From positions 81,906 through 143,592 of the forward strand of contig CAZSUN010000001.1 of the NCBI GenBank assembly GCA_964610045.1: a stretch of DNA of 61,687 nt, given 5' to 3'. This DNA comes from an uncultured Sphaerobacteraceae bacterium. Its GTDB lineage: Bacteria > Chloroflexota > Chloroflexia > Thermomicrobiales > UBA6265. The notes beneath the pieces were generated by a model that ran no database searches, was not told where the DNA came from, and was given only the letters and a program-made list of their open reading frames with translations. The stretch's first letter is position 1. The number at the start of each line of letters is the position of its first letter. A program made the translations under genes and the position numbers. Below, one piece after another: positions 9,941-19,900 of this stretch.

Positions 9941-10993
9941 TTGTTTCGTCCGCTTTCGTCCCTGTTTGGCATTTTCAGCCGCGATCTTGGGATCGATCTG
10001 GGGACAGCCAATACCCTGGTCTACGTTCGCGGCAAGGGTATCGTGATTTCAGAACCGTCGGTCGTGGCCATTGATGCCAAGACGAAGCGGGCCCTCTGGG
10101 TTGGCATGGAAGCCAAGGCCATGGAGGGGAAGGCGCCTGAAACCATCATCGTGATGCGGCCGTTGAAGGATGGCGTCATTGCCGACTTCGACACCGTGGA
10201 GATGATGTTGCACCACTTCATTCGCAAGGTCCATTTGCAGCGCTTGATGGCGCCGCACCCGCGCGTGGTGATCGGGATTCCGAGCGGCGTGACGGAAGTC
10301 GAAAAGCGGGCGGCCAAGGATGCCGCGCTGTCCGCCGGCGCGCGCGAGGCGTATACGATCGAAGAGCCGATGGCGGCGGCGATCGGGGCCGGGCTACCCA
10401 TCAATGAACCGATCGGCAGCATGATCGTGGATATCGGCGGTGGAACCACCGAAGTTGCGGTGATCTCGCTCGGCGGTATCGTCGTCAACCACTCGATCCG
10501 GGTCGCTGGTGATGAAATCGACGACGCGCTGATCCAGTATGCCCGTCGCGATCACAATCTGGTGATCGGCGAGCGTACTGCCGAGAATGCCAAGATCGCG
10601 GCTGGTTCAGCCTACCCCCTCGAAGAAGAAGTGCGGGTTCCGCTTCGTGGCCGGGATTTGCTGACCGGTTTGCCCAAGGCCGTCGAGGTGAGTTCCGTGG
10701 AACTCCGCGATGCCATTTCGCAGCCAGTCAACACGATCATCGAACTGGTGAAGACGTCGATCGAGGAGACGCCTCCCGAGTTGGTCGCCGATATCATGGA
10801 GCACGGGATTACCCTGGCCGGTGGCGGGGCACTGTTGATGGGACTCGATCGCCGTCTCCAGAGCGAACTCCGGATGCCGGTGCATCGCGCCGAAGACCCG
10901 TTGACGTGTGTTGCCCGGGGCACCGGCCGGGTGGCGGAGAATCTCCACCTGTACCAGCGTGCCCTTGCCAGCGGCCGGGAAATCCGGCGCTGA
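9941..10993 (+). CDS. mreB: rod shape-determining protein MreB
   Basis: FSRDLGIDLGTANTLVY actin-fold phosphate-1 motif and DIGGGTTEVAVISLGG. 350 aa, TTG start. Confidence 0.95.
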   Translation: MFRPLSSLFGIFSRDLGIDLGTANTLVYVRGKGIVISEPSVVAIDAKTKRALWVGMEAKAMEGKAPETIIVMRPLKDGVIADFDTVEMMLHHFIRKVHLQRLMAPHPRVVIGIPSGVTEVEKRAAKDAALSAGAREAYTIEEPMAAAIGAGLPINEPIGSMIVDIGGGTTEVAVISLGGIVVNHSIRVAGDEIDDALIQYARRDHNLVIGERTAENAKIAAGSAYPLEEEVRVPLRGRDLLTGLPKAVEVSSVELRDAISQPVNTIIELVKTSIEETPPELVADIMEHGITLAGGGALLMGLDRRLQSELRMPVHRAEDPLTCVARGTGRVAENLHLYQRALASGREIRR

Positions 10994-11090
10994 CCGAGGT
11001 TCGCATGCGATCAAGTCATGTTCGACGGAGTCACCCGGGAGCGACCAATTCGATGCAGTCTCGCAACGTGATGCTGCTTCCAGATGTGAC

Positions 11091-11918
11091 ATGACCACGA
11101 TTCCCTTCCGCCGGGTGCTCGCCTTGCTGGCCGTGTTCGTGTTGATCGCGTCCACCCTGATCGTCCTTGACCGCCGCAGTTACCTCGAACCGGTCCGGAC
11201 CGGGCTCGACGAGGTCGTTTCACCGATGAGTTCGGCGTTGTACGACCTGATCGATCGCGGAGCAAGTCCGTCGGAGATCGAGGCAGAGCTTGAAGCGCTT
11301 CGCAGGGAGCGGGATGCGCTGGTTGCCGACAATGCTGAGCTCCAGGCTGAGAACGATGCGTTGCAGCAGCAGGTTCGGGAAGAGGCGGCGGAGAGTCGCT
11401 ACGAGAACGTCGATCTCGTCAAGGCGAACGTGATCCGGCGCGATCCGACCGGAACGCAGATGTTCGTCGTCATCGATATCGGCTCGAATGACGGTGTGCG
11501 TCCAGGGATGGCGGTCGTGAATCCGGATTTGCTGGTAGGCCAGGTGGTTGAGGTGACGGAGACCACGGCGAAGGTGATGCTGATCATCGATTCGAGCCAG
11601 CAGGTTGGCGCGATGTTGCTCGAAGAGAAGGCGGACGGCATCGTCTACGGGCAATGGCAAGAGGGTGGATACCTCGTTATGCGCCACGTTCGCTCGGATA
11701 CGGCGCCGAAGGAAGGCGACTGGATCGTGACATCGGAGTTTTCGCAGACGCAGACACGGCAGGTACCGCCGAACATCCCGATCGGCATCGTCACCGGCGA
11801 ACCGTTGCACGATGAGCAGACCGACACGCTGGTGATCGAGGTGCAGCCGGGGATAAGCGATTTCAACAGTCTCTCGGTTGTGTACGTTGCAGTGCTGGCA
11901 GATGACGATGGTGCTTGA
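11091..11918 (+). CDS. mreC: rod shape-determining protein MreC
   Basis: Sits immediately after mreB. N-terminal TM helix, coiled coil (EAELEALRRERDALVADNAELQAEN) and a beta-rich C-terminus. ATG at 11091 is preferred over the track start at 10908. Confidence 0.85.
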   Translation: MTTIPFRRVLALLAVFVLIASTLIVLDRRSYLEPVRTGLDEVVSPMSSALYDLIDRGASPSEIEAELEALRRERDALVADNAELQAENDALQQQVREEAAESRYENVDLVKANVIRRDPTGTQMFVVIDIGSNDGVRPGMAVVNPDLLVGQVVEVTETTAKVMLIIDSSQQVGAMLLEEKADGIVYGQWQEGGYLVMRHVRSDTAPKEGDWIVTSEFSQTQTRQVPPNIPIGIVTGEPLHDEQTDTLVIEVQPGISDFNSLSVVYVAVLADDDGA

Positions 11919-13314
11919 CAGGATTCGCCTCACTGCGGCGATCGGGACGGCGCGATTGACGGCGTTCGCAAGCCGGGCGGCCGGCAAGGGCGGCGGCACG
12001 TCTCTTCCGGGCCAACTCGCGCGGCGAGTCTATCCGGATCTCCTGTCCCGGCTCTCATCCGCATTGCCGCAGGGATCGGTCGTGGTGGCGGGTACGAACG
12101 GCAAGACCACGACGTCGCGCATGTTGGCCGGCATGCTCGTCGCCGACGGAAAGCGGGTTATTCACAACCGGGCTGGGTCGAATCTGGTACAGGGAGTCGC
12201 CACCGCCTTCGCGACCCAAGCCGCCATCGGGGGTACACCTCGCGGCGATGTTGCGGTGATCGAGACAGACGAGGCAGCGTTTCCCGAGGTGGTGCGCCTG
12301 CTGCAACCGCGGATGGTGGTGCTCAACAATCTTTTCCGCGACCAACTTGACCGCTATGGCGAGTTGGACTCGATCGGCCGGGCCTGGACGAGCGCACTCA
12401 CTGCGCTCCCGGACACAACGGTCATTGCCTTCAATGCCGACGATCCTGGTCTTGCCTCTGTGGTTCGGGACGTGCCCGGACGGATGGTGCCATTCGGCCT
12501 GACTGATACGACCCACACCCTGGAGCAGCTCCCTCACGCAGCCGATGTCCGCGCCTGTGCACGGTGCGGTCATGATCTTGCCTATCACGAACTCTACCTT
12601 TCCCAGCTAGGAAACTGGTATTGCCCGGCATGCGGTCTGGCTCGCGATGTGCTGGCGGTCTCTGGACGCGAGATCGATCTTTCCAATCAGGAATCACTGT
12701 CGTTGACCGTGGAACGGGATACGGGATCAACGAGGTTCGACCTGGGCGTACCGGGCCTCTACAACGCGTACAACGCTGTTGCCGCGATCGCGGCCGCTGG
12801 GCATCTTGGCGTGTCCGGCAGCGCGATCGGCGAGGCTCTGGCAGGGTACCGGTCGGCCTTCGGCCGGGCGCAGCGCCTGGATGTCGAAGGCCGCCAACTC
12901 ACGCTGACGTTGGCCAAGAATCCGACTGGGTTCAACGAAGTCCTGCGGATGTACACCTCCGGCGGTGAGGGACTGACCGTGCCGGCGATGATCGCGATCA
13001 ACGATAAATCGCAGGATGGGCGCGATGTCTCCTGGCTCTGGGATGTGGACTTCGAACTGTTGGCCGATGGCGACGGGTCGCTCTACACGACCGGTTTGCG
13101 AAGCCCGGATATGGCCAATCGCCTGAAGTACGCTGGTGTGCCTGTCGACAGGATTCACGAATTGCCGGCTGACCTCGCGGCCGGACTCGATGCGTTTGTG
13201 GCGACGGTGCCCATCGGGGGGCAGGGGTATATTCTGTCCACGTACACCGCGATGATGGAGCTGCACGCAATCCTGGCCCGGCGCGGCGCAGTCGAACCGT
13301 TCTGGGAGCAGTGA
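11902..13314 (+). CDS. murT: lipid II isoglutaminyl synthase subunit MurT (Mur ligase family)
   Basis: GTNGKTTTS P-loop, Cys4 ribbon CARCG...CPACG and a DUF1727-like DVSWLWDVDFE. Start overlaps the mreC stop by 17 nt. Confidence 0.85.
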   Translation: MTMVLDRIRLTAAIGTARLTAFASRAAGKGGGTSLPGQLARRVYPDLLSRLSSALPQGSVVVAGTNGKTTTSRMLAGMLVADGKRVIHNRAGSNLVQGVATAFATQAAIGGTPRGDVAVIETDEAAFPEVVRLLQPRMVVLNNLFRDQLDRYGELDSIGRAWTSALTALPDTTVIAFNADDPGLASVVRDVPGRMVPFGLTDTTHTLEQLPHAADVRACARCGHDLAYHELYLSQLGNWYCPACGLARDVLAVSGREIDLSNQESLSLTVERDTGSTRFDLGVPGLYNAYNAVAAIAAAGHLGVSGSAIGEALAGYRSAFGRAQRLDVEGRQLTLTLAKNPTGFNEVLRMYTSGGEGLTVPAMIAINDKSQDGRDVSWLWDVDFELLADGDGSLYTTGLRSPDMANRLKYAGVPVDRIHELPADLAAGLDAFVATVPIGGQGYILSTYTAMMELHAILARRGAVEPFWEQ

Positions 13315-13327
13315 CGGAGGGAGAGAC

Positions 13328-14059
13328 GTGGAATCCCGGGAACTCACCATTGCCTGGTTGTACGGCACGAGGATGAATATCTACGGCGACCGTGGAAACG
13401 TGGTTGCCCTGTCACGGCGCGCGCGCTGGCGCGGGATCGAGGCGACGGTCGTAGACATCGATCTTGGTGACCCGATTCCAGCCGATGTGGACATCTTTTT
13501 CTTCGGTGGTGGGCAGGACTTGTCCCAGGTTGCCGTCGCTCACGATCTGGTCGGCGCCAAGGGTGAGGCCATCCGCTCGGCGGTGGAGGACGGGGCCGCA
13601 CTCCTGTCCGTCTGCGGCGGTTACCAGTTGCTGGGCCATGAGTACCGGCCGCACGATGCCGAACCGCTACCGGGAATCGGGGTGTTCGATGTCACCTCGA
13701 CCGCTGGACCGGAACGGTTCATCGGGAATGTCGTGATCGATTCACGATGGGGTCCGCTGGTCGGCTTCGAGAACCATAGTGGTCTGACTTACCTCGGTGA
13801 GGGGGTGGAACCCTTGGGAACCGTACGTGTTGGCCGGGGCAACAACGGGAAGGATGGTACTGAAGGGGCTGTCTACCGGAATGCGATCGGCTGCTACCTG
13901 CACGGCTCGCTCCTGCCAAAGAATCCGGTGCTGGCGGATTGGTTGCTGGAAAGCGGGTTGACGCACCGGTACGGCGAGGCCCGGTTGACCGGCCTGGACG
14001 ACCTTCACGAGCGATCGGCGCACTCCAACGCGGTCGCGCGAGCCGTCGCCACACGCTGA
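13328..14059 (+). CDS. gatD: lipid II isoglutaminyl synthase glutaminase subunit GatD (CobB/CobQ-like GATase)
   Basis: Nucleophile motif SVCGGYQLLG and YLHGSLLPKNP. GGAGGGAGAGAC RBS before the GTG. Directly follows murT. Confidence 0.85.
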   Translation: MESRELTIAWLYGTRMNIYGDRGNVVALSRRARWRGIEATVVDIDLGDPIPADVDIFFFGGGQDLSQVAVAHDLVGAKGEAIRSAVEDGAALLSVCGGYQLLGHEYRPHDAEPLPGIGVFDVTSTAGPERFIGNVVIDSRWGPLVGFENHSGLTYLGEGVEPLGTVRVGRGNNGKDGTEGAVYRNAIGCYLHGSLLPKNPVLADWLLESGLTHRYGEARLTGLDDLHERSAHSNAVARAVATR

Positions 14060-14134
14060 TCCACCGCATGAAACCGGTTGTTGCGCAGTAATCGTTTTCG
14101 CCTGTTTCTCCTAACTCTTTATGGCAATACTTCC

Positions 14135-14163
14135 TTGCGATAGGATGAGTGTCGCCGTAAACT
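14135..14163 (+). promoter_or_regulatory. sigma70-like promoter (TTGCGA-17-TAAACT) for the Lrp-family gene
   Basis: TTGCGA at 14135-14140 and TAAACT at 14158-14163 with a 17-nt spacer, in a locally AT-richer gap. Inverted repeat CCTGTG-N11-CACAGG (14187-14209) lies downstream. Confidence 0.4.
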
Positions 14164-14233
14164 CGCTGAGTGGATGTTGGTTGCGTCCTGTGATTGTTGC
14201 AAGCACAGGTCCGGAAGTGAATTGGCGTATTCA

Positions 14234-14857
14234 ATGCAGGTTGTATCACGTACTGAGGATAAGCCGGCCTCTTCTTCAATCGACACCCTTGACGAACGAA
14301 TTCTGGCAGAGTTGCAGAGCAACGGCCGATTGACCATGAAAGCCCTGGCGGAGCGGGTTGGATTGTCCAGCCCCGCCATGATCGAGCGGGTTCGACGCCT
14401 GGAGGAACGAGGCGTCCTGGCGGGTTACCGGGCGGTGGTGGATCCATCGGCGATCGGGCGGCCCTTGACCGCGCTGATCTCGATCGATATCGATCGCCGT
14501 CACCACGATGTGTTCCTCAACCGCCTGCGCTCCGAGCCTGCGGTGGAGGCGTGTCACCGGGTCACCGGCGACCACTCCTACTTCGTCAAGGTGCATGTTT
14601 CGTCGACGGACGAGCTGGAGGCACTGGTCGACGACCTGGCCGATACAGGCGCCAGGTGCTCAACCAGTATCGTGCTCTCGACACCGATCGAGGGTGCGCC
14701 GATCGTGCCTCCTGAGGGGACCGTCACCCAGCGCACCCGGTTGAGCCGGCGGCGACGACGGGCGACCGTATCGCGACCGGACGACGTCAAGGCTGAGACC
14801 GCCACCCGCCGTCGCCGTGGCCGGAAATCGCAGGCCGACGAGGCGACAGATATCTAG
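14234..14857 (+). CDS. Lrp/AsnC family transcriptional regulator with Arg-rich C-terminal tail
   Basis: HTH LDERILAELQSNGRLTMKALAERVGLSSPAMIERVRRLEERGVL followed by a RAM-like domain. ATG at 14234 preferred. Confidence 0.85.
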   Translation: MQVVSRTEDKPASSSIDTLDERILAELQSNGRLTMKALAERVGLSSPAMIERVRRLEERGVLAGYRAVVDPSAIGRPLTALISIDIDRRHHDVFLNRLRSEPAVEACHRVTGDHSYFVKVHVSSTDELEALVDDLADTGARCSTSIVLSTPIEGAPIVPPEGTVTQRTRLSRRRRRATVSRPDDVKAETATRRRRGRKSQADEATDI

Positions 14858-14878
14858 TCCGGGCGCTTGCCGGAGGCG

Positions 14879-17467
14879 TCAGGCGGGTTCAATCGGGACC
14901 TCGGTTGGACTTCCAGTGTCGCCGGACGGTGGTTCGGTGTCGACCGGGACTTCCTCGATGGGAACATCATCGTCGGGTTCGCCCGACTCGGCCGGTTGGT
15001 TGTCGGCCGGCTCGATCACATTGTTCGAGTTCGAGGAATTGCGTTCGTCCTCCGCCTCCTCCTCCTGGACGCTGATGCCCCTGACGCCGGCCGCTGCCGC
15101 GTAGCGTGCGATGCTGTTGACCGCATCGCCGACCCAGTTCACGCCGCCCTTCCGGGTCGCCTCGATAGCCTGGTCGAGTTGCTCGCGTTCCCACTCGGTG
15201 AGGTCGCCGCAATCCTGTGTCGGACCCTGGTCGCGTACCAGCCACTCCTCCGTGGTTTCTCCCTTACCCGGCTTGTGACCGGTGACGGCGCAGATCTCCC
15301 CCTCGTAGGCATCGTCCGGCACGGGGAATGCCTCGGGCACGGCATTACCGTCGGGCCCGACGAGGAGGGTGGAGAATTCCGGGTTGTCGTGCAGTTCGAG
15401 CATCATGTCCTGCCAGATCGGACCAGCCGCCTGGATGCCGTCGACTTCCGGCAGGCCGACGGTGCTGCCGCTGCCGCTGGTGCCGGTCCAGACCCCGACT
15501 ACGACATCGGTCGTATAGCCCATGGTCCAGAGGTCCTTCCAGTCGTCCGTGGTGCCCGACTTCGCGGCGGTGGGGCGACCGAGTTGGCTTTGGGTTTCCC
15601 CGAACCGGTTGTTACTTCCGAACACCATCGATCGTGCGTCGTTGTCGGTCAGGATCGAGGTGACCTGGTAGGCATTGCCGGCAGGGATCGCCTGGTTCGA
15701 ATCCTTTTCGACCTGGTCCTGATCGAGCGCGAACAGTTCGTTCCCCTGTGAATCCTTGATGCTGAGAATGGGATGGACATCGACATGTGTGCCGTTGTTG
15801 GCGAGGGTGGCGTAGGCATTGGTGTGTTCAAGCAGTTGCACTTCGCCGGAGCCGAGGCCGAGGGCGAGACCGTAGAACGAAGCGTCTTCCTGGAGGCTGT
15901 TCTCAAGCCCCATCGCCCTGGTCGTGTCGATCACATCCTGGACACCCGCATATTCGGTCGCCTTCACCGCCGGGATGTTCAGTGAATTGGCGAGTGCGTC
16001 ACGAATCGTGATCGCCCCCCGGAAATTGCCGGAGTAGTTCTGCGGTTCGTAGGGATCCTGACCGCCACCGACATCCCAGGTTGTTGGCACATCGAAGAGG
16101 ATCGAGCCGGGATTGAGCCCTTCCGAGAAGGCCGTGGCGTAGACCAGCGGTTTCATCGACGATCCGGGCTGGATGAGGGAGGTCGCGTAGTTGACCTCAC
16201 CATTGATGAGGGCGTTCTCGAAATCCGCCGAGCCCACCATCGCCAGGACCTCGCCGCTCCACGGCACCATCACCACCATGGCGGCGTTGTTCCGTCCGTA
16301 ACCACGTTCGAGCATGTCGGCTACACCACTGGCGACGATCTGTTCGGCACGGTGCTGGAGGTCGAGATCGATGCTGGTGGTGATTTCGAGCCCGCCGTAC
16401 AAGGCATCTTCGCCGTAGTGCTCGATCACATAGTTGCGGACGTACTCGGTGAAGTGCGGGGCTGAATCGACGGAGACGGCCCCGGTCCGGATATCTTCGC
16501 GGAAGGTGAGCGCTTCGGCGTAGGCGGCGGCGGCTTCGGCGCGGGTGATGTAGCGGTACTCGACCATCTGGTCGAGGACGTAGCGCTGCCGGATCTTGGC
16601 CTGGTCGAAATTTTCGGCGTAGTACGAGGGCGACTGCGGTAACCCCGCCAGGAAGGCCGCCTCGGCCAGGGTCAACTCGGTGGCGTGCTTGTCGAAATAG
16701 GTGTTGGCGGCGGCCTCGATGCCGTAGGCACGATTGCCGTAGTAGATCAGGTTGACGTACATCGAGAAAATGTCGGTCTTGGAGTACTCCTGGGCGAGCG
16801 CGTAGGCTGCAAGAGCCTCGCGGAACTTCCGGGAGTAACTGATGTCCATTGGATTGATCTGGTCCGGGTAGATTGCCCGGACGAGTTGCTGGGTGATGGT
16901 CGATCCGCCCGAACTGCCCGCGCCGGTGATGTTGATGAAGGCGCCGCGGACGATCGCGTAGGGTTCCACTCCCTCGTTGGTCCAGAATGTCGCGTCTTCA
17001 GCGGCGACGGTGGCGTTGATGAAGTTGTCGTCCATCTGGTCGATGCCGACGTACGTGCGCCAACCGGCATTGGGGTTGGGGTTGTCGACTTCCTGAAGCA
17101 GGACGCCGTTGCGGTCGTAGATCCGGGTGGTCTGGAAGGTATCGACCGCGATCTCGGCGGCGTTCGGGAGCTCGGCGTTGACGTCGCGGTAGGCGTCCAT
17201 GGTGCCGGCTACGCCGATTGCCGCGCCGATGGCAGTGATGACACCGGCCGCGATCGCGAAGGCAGCAACCATGACCGCCAGCGTGCTGAGGATGACGACC
17301 GGTCCACCGAGGAACCTGCCCTTGATGTCGCGTTCGGATGCCGAGGGAAGCAGGTTGGGTGGCAACGAACGGCCGATGCGCCCATAGCGACTCCGGCCGT
17401 ATAGCCTGGCCCGTCGTTTGGCATCCGGATAGCGGGCGCCGGCGCGTGAAATGCGGCCTTGAGCCAT
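14879..17467 (-). CDS. class A penicillin-binding protein (glycosyltransferase GT51 + transpeptidase)
   Basis: EDATFWTNEGV and GGSTITQQL (GT51). GSSMKP (SxxK), SLN and KSGTT (transpeptidase). TM anchor and acidic C-terminal tail. The ORF stays open to 17536; ATG at 17467 is preferred. Confidence 0.9.
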   Translation of the reverse strand: MAQGRISRAGARYPDAKRRARLYGRSRYGRIGRSLPPNLLPSASERDIKGRFLGGPVVILSTLAVMVAAFAIAAGVITAIGAAIGVAGTMDAYRDVNAELPNAAEIAVDTFQTTRIYDRNGVLLQEVDNPNPNAGWRTYVGIDQMDDNFINATVAAEDATFWTNEGVEPYAIVRGAFINITGAGSSGGSTITQQLVRAIYPDQINPMDISYSRKFREALAAYALAQEYSKTDIFSMYVNLIYYGNRAYGIEAAANTYFDKHATELTLAEAAFLAGLPQSPSYYAENFDQAKIRQRYVLDQMVEYRYITRAEAAAAYAEALTFREDIRTGAVSVDSAPHFTEYVRNYVIEHYGEDALYGGLEITTSIDLDLQHRAEQIVASGVADMLERGYGRNNAAMVVMVPWSGEVLAMVGSADFENALINGEVNYATSLIQPGSSMKPLVYATAFSEGLNPGSILFDVPTTWDVGGGQDPYEPQNYSGNFRGAITIRDALANSLNIPAVKATEYAGVQDVIDTTRAMGLENSLQEDASFYGLALGLGSGEVQLLEHTNAYATLANNGTHVDVHPILSIKDSQGNELFALDQDQVEKDSNQAIPAGNAYQVTSILTDNDARSMVFGSNNRFGETQSQLGRPTAAKSGTTDDWKDLWTMGYTTDVVVGVWTGTSGSGSTVGLPEVDGIQAAGPIWQDMMLELHDNPEFSTLLVGPDGNAVPEAFPVPDDAYEGEICAVTGHKPGKGETTEEWLVRDQGPTQDCGDLTEWEREQLDQAIEATRKGGVNWVGDAVNSIARYAAAAGVRGISVQEEEAEDERNSSNSNNVIEPADNQPAESGEPDDDVPIEEVPVDTEPPSGDTGSPTEVPIEPA

Positions 17468-17779
17468 GATGAAGGGAACTCCCTGTCGCACCGGGATCGA
17501 ATCGAAGGCGATGTTGGGCGCGACGGATGGTGACAAAGGAACCGGGAAACGCGGCCAGCCATGCCGCTGTTCTTTCCCTGACGCGGCAACCAGCCGTCCG
17601 GTTTCGGACGGAGGAACCTGCAGGAGGGAATGCTACCAGACCGACCTGTGCCGGACTCCACGCGCGGGAGGGTGGTAGTGTCACATGCAATCATGGATAT
17701 GCGACGTTGGCGATTGTGTAGGCTCGTCACCACGAGTGCTTGATCCGGATCGTGGTACGGTCCACGCAATGGATGTACG

Positions 17780-18325
17780 GTGAAATCTGTCTCGTCAGAT
17801 TGCTTTCCGGGGAGAGATGGTGTGAGCGAGAATCCGGCGTTTGTGCAGTATTCGGGCGGTGGCGCTGCGGCAGTGTTGCCAGAGACGCCTCACGAGCTTC
17901 CGATTGACCGGGCGAAGGTGGACGCGCTGCTCGATCGCGTGCGCAAGGGCGAGCAGGTGACCCTGCTCGACGAGTTCCTGGCGGCGGTTGACTGGAGATC
18001 GGCGTTCGCGTCGGACGACGGTGCGCCGCTGGATGTCGAGGACATTACCCGTCTGATCGCCTACTATGGCGAAAAGTTCGAGGATATCGGGCCGGTCTAC
18101 CTGGCGGAACTGCTGTCGACCGAGTTCATGACCGAGTTGCGCGCGCGTGGCGACGTGGTGTTCTCCGACCGGTTGCTGGAGATCGGCCGGAACGACCCGG
18201 AGTTGTGGAAGGAGATCCGGGCGTTCTTCCGCCGCAAGGAGTTCGCAACGGCGCTCCTGGTCAACGCGAACAGGGATCGGCCGGAGGAAACCTGGAAGGA
18301 AAGAGATGAGGGAAAACAGGAGTGA
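17780..18325 (+). CDS. hypothetical protein (no recognised family)
   Basis: 181-aa ORF with protein-like composition. Alternative GTG start at 17822 is preceded by GGGGAGAGA. Followed by a strong hairpin. Confidence 0.5.
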   Translation: MKSVSSDCFPGRDGVSENPAFVQYSGGGAAAVLPETPHELPIDRAKVDALLDRVRKGEQVTLLDEFLAAVDWRSAFASDDGAPLDVEDITRLIAYYGEKFEDIGPVYLAELLSTEFMTELRARGDVVFSDRLLEIGRNDPELWKEIRAFFRRKEFATALLVNANRDRPEETWKERDEGKQE

Positions 18326-18353
18326 GCAGAGGCCCATCGTCGCGCTGATTCCG

Positions 18354-18415
18354 GGAGGGCTTTACCGGCGCGGTGACTGGCGTTCGGGTTGTCGAATGTG
18401 CGCCGGAAGCCCTCC
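18354..18415. terminator. long hairpin between convergent genes (likely bidirectional terminator)
   Basis: GGAGGGCTT-ta-CCGGCGC pairs with GCGCCGG-AAGCCCTCC: 16 bp, with a 2-nt bulge and a 28-nt loop. Confidence 0.5.
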
Positions 18416-18435
18416 TCTACCCACCAGCAATCGTT

Positions 18436-19305
18436 CTACGAGGCGGCGCGGGCGGCGGCGGTGAGGACTGCGCGGCGGACGAGATTGCGGGTGACGCGGG
18501 CCCGATAGCTGGCCGGGGCATGGACGTCCTCCAGCAGGTCGCGGCCGTCGACAGCAGTGGCCGCGGCTGCCTTCACCGAAGCGTCGTCCGGTCTGACGCC
18601 GGCAAGTGCCGACTCAACCGAATCGGCGCGGTAGGCGACGTCGGCAGCGCCGGTGATGCCGATCCGCGCCTCCGCGATCGTGCCGTCGTCCGCCAGGGTG
18701 ACGGTAGCCGCAACGCCAACGAGTGCATAGCCCGAGGCAGGGTTGGCGAGCTTCTCGTACCGGTACCCACAGCTGGCAGGAAGATCGGCGATGCGAATGG
18801 CCGTGACCAGCTCATTTGGTTCGAGTGTAGTCGTAAACAAGCCCGCGAAGAATTCGGAGACCGGGATCACCCGTTCGCCGTCCGGGCCACGGGCCACGAT
18901 GTCCGCGTCGAGCGCGAGGACGACGGCGGGATAGTCACCGGCAGGGTCGGCGTGGACGAGGGTGCCGCCGATCGTGCCGCGATTGCGCACCTGAAGATCG
19001 CCGACAACGTGCGCCGACTCGGCCAGGAGTCCAGCGTGGGCGGCCACGACCGGGTTGGTCGCGATCTCGTGATGCGTCGCAAGCGCGCCGATTTCGACTC
19101 CGGCTCCGGTTTCGCGGATGCCGGTGAGTTCCGGGATGCCGGCGATGTCCACGAGGTGACCTGGTGCGGCGAGCCGCAGTTTCATGGCTGGAAGCAGGCT
19201 CTGGCCTCCGGCGATCACCTTGCCATCATCGGCATACTCCGCGAGCATCGCCAGCGCTTCGCTCACAGATCCGGGGCGATGATAGGAGAAGGGATAGGTA
19301 TACAT
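18436..19305 (-). CDS. FAD-binding medium subunit of a xanthine dehydrogenase/CO dehydrogenase-family molybdoenzyme (CoxM/CutM-like)
   Basis: N-terminus FSYHRPGSVSEALAML...KVIAGGQSLLPAMKLRL is typical of CoxM/XdhB FAD subunits. 289 aa. Confidence 0.85.
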   Translation of the reverse strand: MYTYPFSYHRPGSVSEALAMLAEYADDGKVIAGGQSLLPAMKLRLAAPGHLVDIAGIPELTGIRETGAGVEIGALATHHEIATNPVVAAHAGLLAESAHVVGDLQVRNRGTIGGTLVHADPAGDYPAVVLALDADIVARGPDGERVIPVSEFFAGLFTTTLEPNELVTAIRIADLPASCGYRYEKLANPASGYALVGVAATVTLADDGTIAEARIGITGAADVAYRADSVESALAGVRPDDASVKAAAATAVDGRDLLEDVHAPASYRARVTRNLVRRAVLTAAARAAS

Positions 19306-19338
19306 GGCACTCCCGTTTCGTGATGGCTGCGGTCCAGG

Positions 19339-19839
19339 TCAGCGCAGGGAGACTGGCGGTTCACCGGCGGCAACCCGCCTGGCAGCCGCCTTCACCGCGG
19401 TCACGATGCCCTGGTAGCCCGTGCAGCGGCAAATGTTCCCTTCGAGAGCGTGGCGTATCTCTTCCTCGGTCGGGTCCGGCGTTTCCGCCAGCAAATCGAG
19501 GGTGGACATGATGACGCCGGGCGTGCAGTAACCGCACTGGAGACCATGCTCTGTCCAGAACGAATCCTGGACGGGATGGAGGGTTCCGGAGGGCGCGAGG
19601 CCTTCGATGGTGTCGACCGCGTGGCCATCCGCCTGGGCGGCGAGCACCATGCAACTCTTGACTGCGTGGCCATCGAGATGGACGGTGCATGCTCCACACT
19701 GGCCTGTTTCACACCCGGTGTGCGTGCCGGTGAGGCCGAACTCATTGCGCAGCAGGTGAACGAGCAACGTCCGGGATTCGATGGTGACCGAACGTGGTGA
19801 TCCATTGACGGTGAGGTTGACCGAAACCTGGTCGCTCAT
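19339..19839 (-). CDS. [2Fe-2S]-binding small subunit (CoxS/CutS-like)
   Basis: [11 protein letters not shown] plus the CGYCTPG and CRCTGY cluster motifs. ATG at 19839 with a GGGGAG RBS; the track ORF to 19962 is over-extended. Confidence 0.9.
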   Translation of the reverse strand: MSDQVSVNLTVNGSPRSVTIESRTLLVHLLRNEFGLTGTHTGCETGQCGACTVHLDGHAVKSCMVLAAQADGHAVDTIEGLAPSGTLHPVQDSFWTEHGLQCGYCTPGVIMSTLDLLAETPDPTEEEIRHALEGNICRCTGYQGIVTAVKAAARRVAAGEPPVSLR

Positions 19840-19900
19840 GTGCGTGCGCTCCCCGGATCCCACCTCGTTTCGAGCGTGGGATCGGCAGTTCGACAACGGT

